From contig NC_068997.1 of NCBI RefSeq assembly GCF_001194135.2, positions 32,261,536-32,301,134 of the forward strand: a stretch of 39,599 nt of DNA, given 5' to 3'. This document shows, in pieces, positions 34,557-39,599 of the stretch. The position numbers and the translations under genes are program-made. Origin of the DNA: Octopus bimaculoides. Lineage: Eukaryota. Under the pieces are notes generated by a model, which worked only from the letters and a program-made list of their open reading frames with translations, had not been told where the DNA came from and did not search any database. How positions within the stretch are numbered: position 1 is the first letter of the stretch; every line of letters starts with the position of its first letter.

Positions 34557-35003
34557 GTCGAGACTAACATAATCCTCAGGGATTTCCCAATCCAAACAGA
34601 GCAGGTGCTAAAGCATAACAGACCGGACCTAGTGATGGTGGACAAGGTGCACCACATAAGCTATATAATTGATGTTGCATGCCTGTTTGACCCACGAATA
34701 GTCAAGAAGGAAGGAGAAAATATAGATAAATACAACTCTCTTAAGTACGAAATAGCCCGGCTATGGAAAATGAAGAAGGTGAAGATAGTTTCAATTATTG
34801 TTGAGTCCTTGGGTACAGCATCAGAAGGCATCAAAAGGAATATAAAGGAAATTGGAATAGAGTGCCCGGTAGAACTGTTACAAAAGGTTTGCCTCATTGG
34901 CACGGCCAGAATAATCAGGAGAGTATTAGATAGCTACAGGTAGCAAACCCGCTACGCATGCAAGACTGCTGGAGTTCCAACAAAATCTGTGATAAAGAAA
35001 AAA
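34557..35003 (+). mobile_element. R4-like LINE 3' fragment 6 (family delta), RLE domain
   Basis: DFPIQTEQVLKHNRPDLVMVDK...IIDVACLFD...DKYNSLKYEIARLWKMKKVKIVSIIVESLG...LLQKVCLIGTARIIRRVL* is open to the stop at 34943. Confidence 0.9.
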
Positions 35004-35096
35004 TATATATATATTCAAGGCGGTGTCCTAGCATGACTGCAGTTTAATAACTGAAGTAAAAGATGAAAGATAAAAGATATATATATATATATATAT

Positions 35097-35132
<36 letters not shown>

Positions 35133-35714
35133 GGTAGCAAAACCGACGGCTGGTTACTGAAGACGATTTGCCTAGTAAATTACTTTATTTACTAAAANNN
35201 NNNNNNNNNNNNNNNNNNNNNNNNNNNNNNNNNNNNNNNNNNNNNNNNNNNNNNNNNNNNNNNNNNNNNNNNNNNNNNNNNNNNNNNNNNNNNNNNNNNN
35301 NNNNNNNNNNNNNNNNNNNNNNNNNNNNNNNNNNNNNNNNNNNNNNNNNNNNNNNNNNNNNNNNNNNNNNNNNNNNNNNNNNNNNNNNNNNNNNNNNNNN
35401 NNNNNNNNNNNNNNNNNNNNNNNNNNNNNNNNNNNNNNNNNNNNNNNNNNNNNNNNNNNNNNNNNNNNNNNNNNNNNNNNNNNNNNNNNNNNNNNNNNNN
35501 NNNNNNNNNNNNNNNNNNNNNNNNNNNNNNNNNNNNNNNNNNNNNNNNNNNNNNNNNNNNNNNNNNNNNNNNNNNNNNNNNNNNNNNNNNNNNNNNNNNN
35601 NNNNNNNNNNNNNNNNNNNNNNNNNNNNNNNNNNNNNNNNNNNNNNNNNNNNNNNNNNNNNNNNNNNNNNNNNNNNNNNNNNNNNNNNNNNNNNNNNNNN
35701 NNNNNNNNNNNNNN

Positions 35715-36000
35715 CCACAGACACGTGTACCCTTAACGTAGTTTTCGGGGATATTCAGTGTGACACAGTGTGACAAGGCTGGCCCTTTGAATTACAGGCA
35801 CAACAGAAACAGGAAGTAAGAGTGAGAGAAAGTTATGGTGAAAGAGTACAGCAGGGTTCACCACCATCCCCTGCCGGAGCCTCGTGGAGCTTTAGGTGTT
35901 TTCGCTCAATAAACACTCACAACGCCCGGTCTGGGAATCAAAACCGCGATCCTATGACCGTGAGATCGCTGCCCTAACCACTGGGCCATTGAGCCTCCAC
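35715..36000 (-). mobile_element. tRNA-derived SINE (family C-related), tail hidden in gap
   Basis: Minus strand GTGGAGGCTCAATGGCCCAGTGGTTAGGGCAGCG (A box) ... GGTTTTGATTCCCAGACCGG (B box), followed by a non-tRNA body. Confidence 0.85.
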
Positions 36001-36357
36001 TTTGGAATTATATAAAAAGTTTCCAACAACGAGATGTCTTTATGAATATTTTACTTATATAGTGTTACGTTGATTTCCTGTATCAATTGCAGCGCTACTC
36101 AGAGTTACAATGGCAGAAATTTCTCTTTCGAATAATACTTTCGCACGAAAGTAAACATATACACAATCACACCGACACGCTCATGTATATAAACATATGC
36201 GCGCGCGCGAGTCTGTGTGTGCGTGCATATGTAAATGCTTGTGTCTGTGGGTGTACATATATATATATGTATGCAAACATATATGTGTGTGTGTATACAC
36301 ATACACACAAACAAAGAGTTACGCACACACATATACTTACACAGACACACACACACG

Positions 36358-36416
<59 letters not shown>

Positions 36417-36698
36417 AGACACACGTACACACCCACGTATGCCTCGAGAGACTATTTCGAGTCTGCTAAATGAAACAAAAGATACCGAATGGAAATAAAC
36501 CTTGCATAAGGGGTGACAAATAATCAATACACGATTGACAAGAATATTAAGTTGCCAGACAAGTTATATTTACCATTTTCAGATATTTTTCAGAGAAAAT
36601 CTCTCATAGGACTCATCTGCAATCAGGTGTAGTAGTTAACATATGGATATGTATGTATGTATGTATATTTATCCGTATATATATATATATATATTTAT

Positions 36699-36735
<37 letters not shown>

Positions 36736-37591
36736 NNNNNNNNNNNNNNNNNNNNNNNNNNNNNNNNNNNNNNNNNNNNNNNNNNNNNNNNNNNNNNNNN
36801 NNNNNNNNNNNNNNNNNNNNNNNNNNNNNNNNNNNNNNNNNNNNNNNNNNNNNNNNNNNNNNNNNCATACAAACAGACATACATACATACATACATACAT
36901 ACATAGACACATACATACGTATACATATATATGTTTGTATATGTTTGTATGTATTTAACTATTCAGTTGTTGCTGTTGACTTTATGCAGAAAGAAAATAA
37001 CGGTGTTGTTTTAGTGTAATACTAATTTATTACTTAATTAAATTTATTACATCTAACATCATTTTTATATAAATGTTGTTTTAAAGCTACAACAAAACTG
37101 CAATATGGAAAGCAGAACAGTTGTTCTCCATGTAAACATGGTGTACGTATCACGTATAAATGGCGGCGATTCAGACAGCTCGAAATTATTGCGTGGGTGT
37201 TGGGTTAAATGAGACTAAGCATGTTTATGTTTGTTCGTATGTGTGCGTGCGTGTGTGTGTGGTTGGCTTTGTGTTTGTGCGTGTGTATTTGTGTTTGTGT
37301 GCTCCCACTTGTATTCTAAAATTTCTTCTCTGATGTTTGTTTTTAATGGAAAAATAAATGAATATGTAAATCAAAGCAAAACCAATTTTATCTCGTTGGT
37401 AACTGTAGGATCAAATACTGGTAAAACGGTGCAAAACCGTACTGTTGCAAATAGAACTATGATTCTTCTATGGTGTACAAATGTGAATGAGAGACGCAAT
37501 TCAAATATTTCTTGGAATTCAGCCATATTGTTACGATAGTTACCAGAATAGTTCGATCAATATAAATGTTGTGAGGCTAGAAACTCTAATG

Positions 37592-37740
37592 CAATCATGT
37601 GCAAACTGCGGCCCGCGAGACTTTCCGAAAGAATGCCTCATGAAAAATTATCTTGAAAGTTTGTTTGAGTAGTGCGGCCCACCTGATGACGAGCCATGTC
37701 TCATGCGACCCGCTTCTCGAAAGAAGGTTGCCCATGCCTG
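37592..37740. mobile_element. short hAT (Charlie-type) MITE
   Basis: CAATCATGTGCAAACTGCGGCCCGC...TGCGGCCC...AAGGTTGCCCATGCCTG; flanks ctctaatg / atctaagg. Confidence 0.7.
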
Positions 37741-37894
37741 ATCTAAGGTGTCGAGACCTTGCTTTTCGTCTGAGAAAGGAGAGAAAGAAGGAGAAAGAGA
37801 AGGAGGAAAAAGAGAAGGAGGGGAAGAAGAAGAAGAGATAAAGAGAAAGAGAGAGAGAAGGATAAAGATAAAGAAATGGGGAGTGAGGGAAGTG

Positions 37895-38340
37895 TTAAGG
37901 GTTGAAATGTTTCTGTGTTCTTATATCCATTCCGTAGTTACAATAATTACATCGTCCAGTGTCATGGTAGGCTCCGCAAAACTTATGTAAGAGACGTAAA
38001 TGTTGTTTGACTAAGAACACTGAAAGCCATATTTCATTTACTCTCTTCAGATATTCACTTCTGACCCTCTCCTTATTAATGGATCCGTCGTACCGAAAAC
38101 ATTGTCTTATCCTGGACAAAATATTTGAAGTTCACATCTGAATCTAAAGATTACAAACGTCAAACCGTTCGTGTTTGGTTTTGGGAAAGAGAGCCCAACT
38201 TTGTCTAGTTTTACAACCAAAAGTGCACTTTGGCTCACCAAATTTCATGCCAGTGTTTACGGAATACTGGTCAATGAAATCCATTCGTCTTTGCTTTTTG
38301 TCCCGTACAGCTTAGCTCATTACTAAGAAAAAGTTAAGTG
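37895..38340 (-). mobile_element. old R4-like LINE RT/thumb fragment
   Basis: Frameshifted remnants on the minus strand: LYG, GMKFGEPKC, NFKY, YDGSINKERVRSEYLKRVNEIW, FAEPTMT and MDIRTQK. The motif order matches the R4 RT C-terminal half. Confidence 0.65.
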
Positions 38341-38846
38341 ATGTATTTATATAAATATTTATGATCGTATTTATGTACGTGCGCTCGTTTCCATGATTAT
38401 ACGTTTATATATATATGGAGAGGTGTGTATGAGCCGCACTCAATTTGATTCGTACTCAGTCGAAAGACACCTGTTGTTATATTCTTTTGTTTGTATTTGT
38501 AACTGTAACATGTTCTCCGTTTTTGTCTTTGTTGCTGTACACATTCTTACAAAAAAATCTAATGCTTTTAGCATAGATTTTTTTGTGGGGAGGGTGCAGC
38601 CAGATCGAACAGTCTCAAGAGTAACTACCCGAAACAGCAAATACATCTGGTAACTTGACTGAGGAAAGAAGGCCACAAATGACTCGTCCTTATTTTTCAC
38701 TGTCCTTCTAATTGTTGTTTCTCCTGTCCGCCTTTGTATAGTCTATCTGTCAGAATGTTTTATTGTCCTCTATTGCGTTTTTGTTCCATTTTTTAAATAT
38801 TTATAGTGCTCACTATATGTATATATATATACATATACACACACAC

Positions 38847-39338
38847 ACGAGATCTGATCAATAAATATCCGGACTGTTATCATAGTAACGAAGCTAAAGC
38901 ACGCAGAGTAAAGCCGCTTGGCAAAGATTGGCCATGAACTCTGCTATGCATGCACACTAAGTTTTAACGTTCTAGCTCACTTCCGCTATTTACAACAGTG
39001 CTTGGAAGGAAGGTGTGTAGCGTGTGATCGTCGCATTGACCATGAAAGAGAAAGTTGTCATGGCGATACCTGCGCAGAGGCCTACGCAAAGTTGCAGAAA
39101 GTGTATGGAGAGGAGTGTATGAGCCGCACACAAGTGTGCGAGTGGTTCAGACGTTTCCAAGATGGCCGAAAAACTGTCAATATTGACGAACGTTTTGGGA
39201 GACCCACAACCATCTGAACTGAGAAAAACATCGCAGATGTGCTTGCAGCTGTAAGGGGAAATCGTCGAATCACCATCCGTGAGTTATCAGAGGATGTGAA
39301 GATTAGTTACAGTTCAATTCAATCTATTATCACTTTAG
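38847..39338 (+). mobile_element. mariner transposon 5' half (TIR plus decayed HTH region)
   Basis: TIR-like ACGAGATCTGATCAATAAATATCCGGACT. Translation TCAEAYAKLQKVYGEECMSRTQVCEWFRRFQDGRKTVNIDERFGRP, stop, then NRRITIRELSEDVKIS: the mariner HTH and linker. Ends at (GA)n. Confidence 0.9.
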
Positions 39339-39599
39339 AGAGAGAGAAAGAGAGAGAGGATTAGAGTATACAAGGAGTTTTTGTCAACTAACGTAATATA
39401 ATAGGTATGTACTATGAGTGCTCAGTTTCGTTTACCATTAAAACTCCGGCTTGAAATGCAACTGAAAAATGTGGCTGACTATCGAAAGTGGTTTCTTCTT
39501 GACCCGATGGATATAGATTAAAATTTAAAAAATGAAAAACCAAAACATCTGGCATCACTCGATATAACATTTAATGCTTTTAATTTTAATCGCTCTCTC

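Noticed and set aside
35940-36000. tRNA-like sequence with A and B boxes (also the heads at 9370, 15594 and 24636)
   Set aside because: These continue into SINE bodies and lack a complete cloverleaf acceptor stem, so they are SINE heads and not tRNA genes.
1468-36958. Long ORFs in the supplied track (e.g. 13336-14340, 15682-16617, 17935-19092, 35168-35776)
   Set aside because: They are open only because N runs or dinucleotide/tetranucleotide repeats lack stops, so they are not evidence of genes.
37155-37175. TATAAATGGCGGCG as a TATA/YY1 promoter
   Set aside because: A single short motif, expected by chance in 40 kb, with no downstream gene evidence.
37683-37725. CTGATGA...GAAA as a second hammerhead
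   Set aside because: The base after CUGAUGA is C, helix II and helix III do not form convincingly, and it lies inside a hAT MITE.

Overview
This is non-coding, repeat-saturated animal genomic DNA with 13 N-gaps totalling about 5.2 kb. The SINE families, microsatellite load and gap pattern resemble Octopus (coleoid cephalopod) draft assemblies; that is from recall, not a database search. I can support no intact host protein-coding gene, rRNA, true tRNA or CRISPR array, and most ORFs in the track are microsatellite or N-gap artefacts. All recognisable protein-like sequence is decayed transposon: a Tc1 N-terminus (-, 6.6-7.1 kb), an R4/Dong-clade LINE RT fragment (+, 17.5 kb), a Helitron helicase C-terminus nested in a hAT MITE (20.4-21.5 kb), six co-oriented R4/Dong 3' fragments plus a DINE-1/HINE-like element packed into a (TAA)n tract (31.8-35.0 kb), another R4-like RT fragment (-, 37.9-38.3 kb) and a mariner 5' half (38.8-39.3 kb). 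There are also about 20 tRNA-derived SINE copies, several hAT MITEs, a long-TIR element with a probably artefactual inverted flank, and a Penelope-type hammerhead-like motif. I found no convincing new biological system. The best leads concern TE biology: the microsatellite landing pad, the palindromes perfected in SINE tails, modular SINE tails and the ribozyme-like motif.
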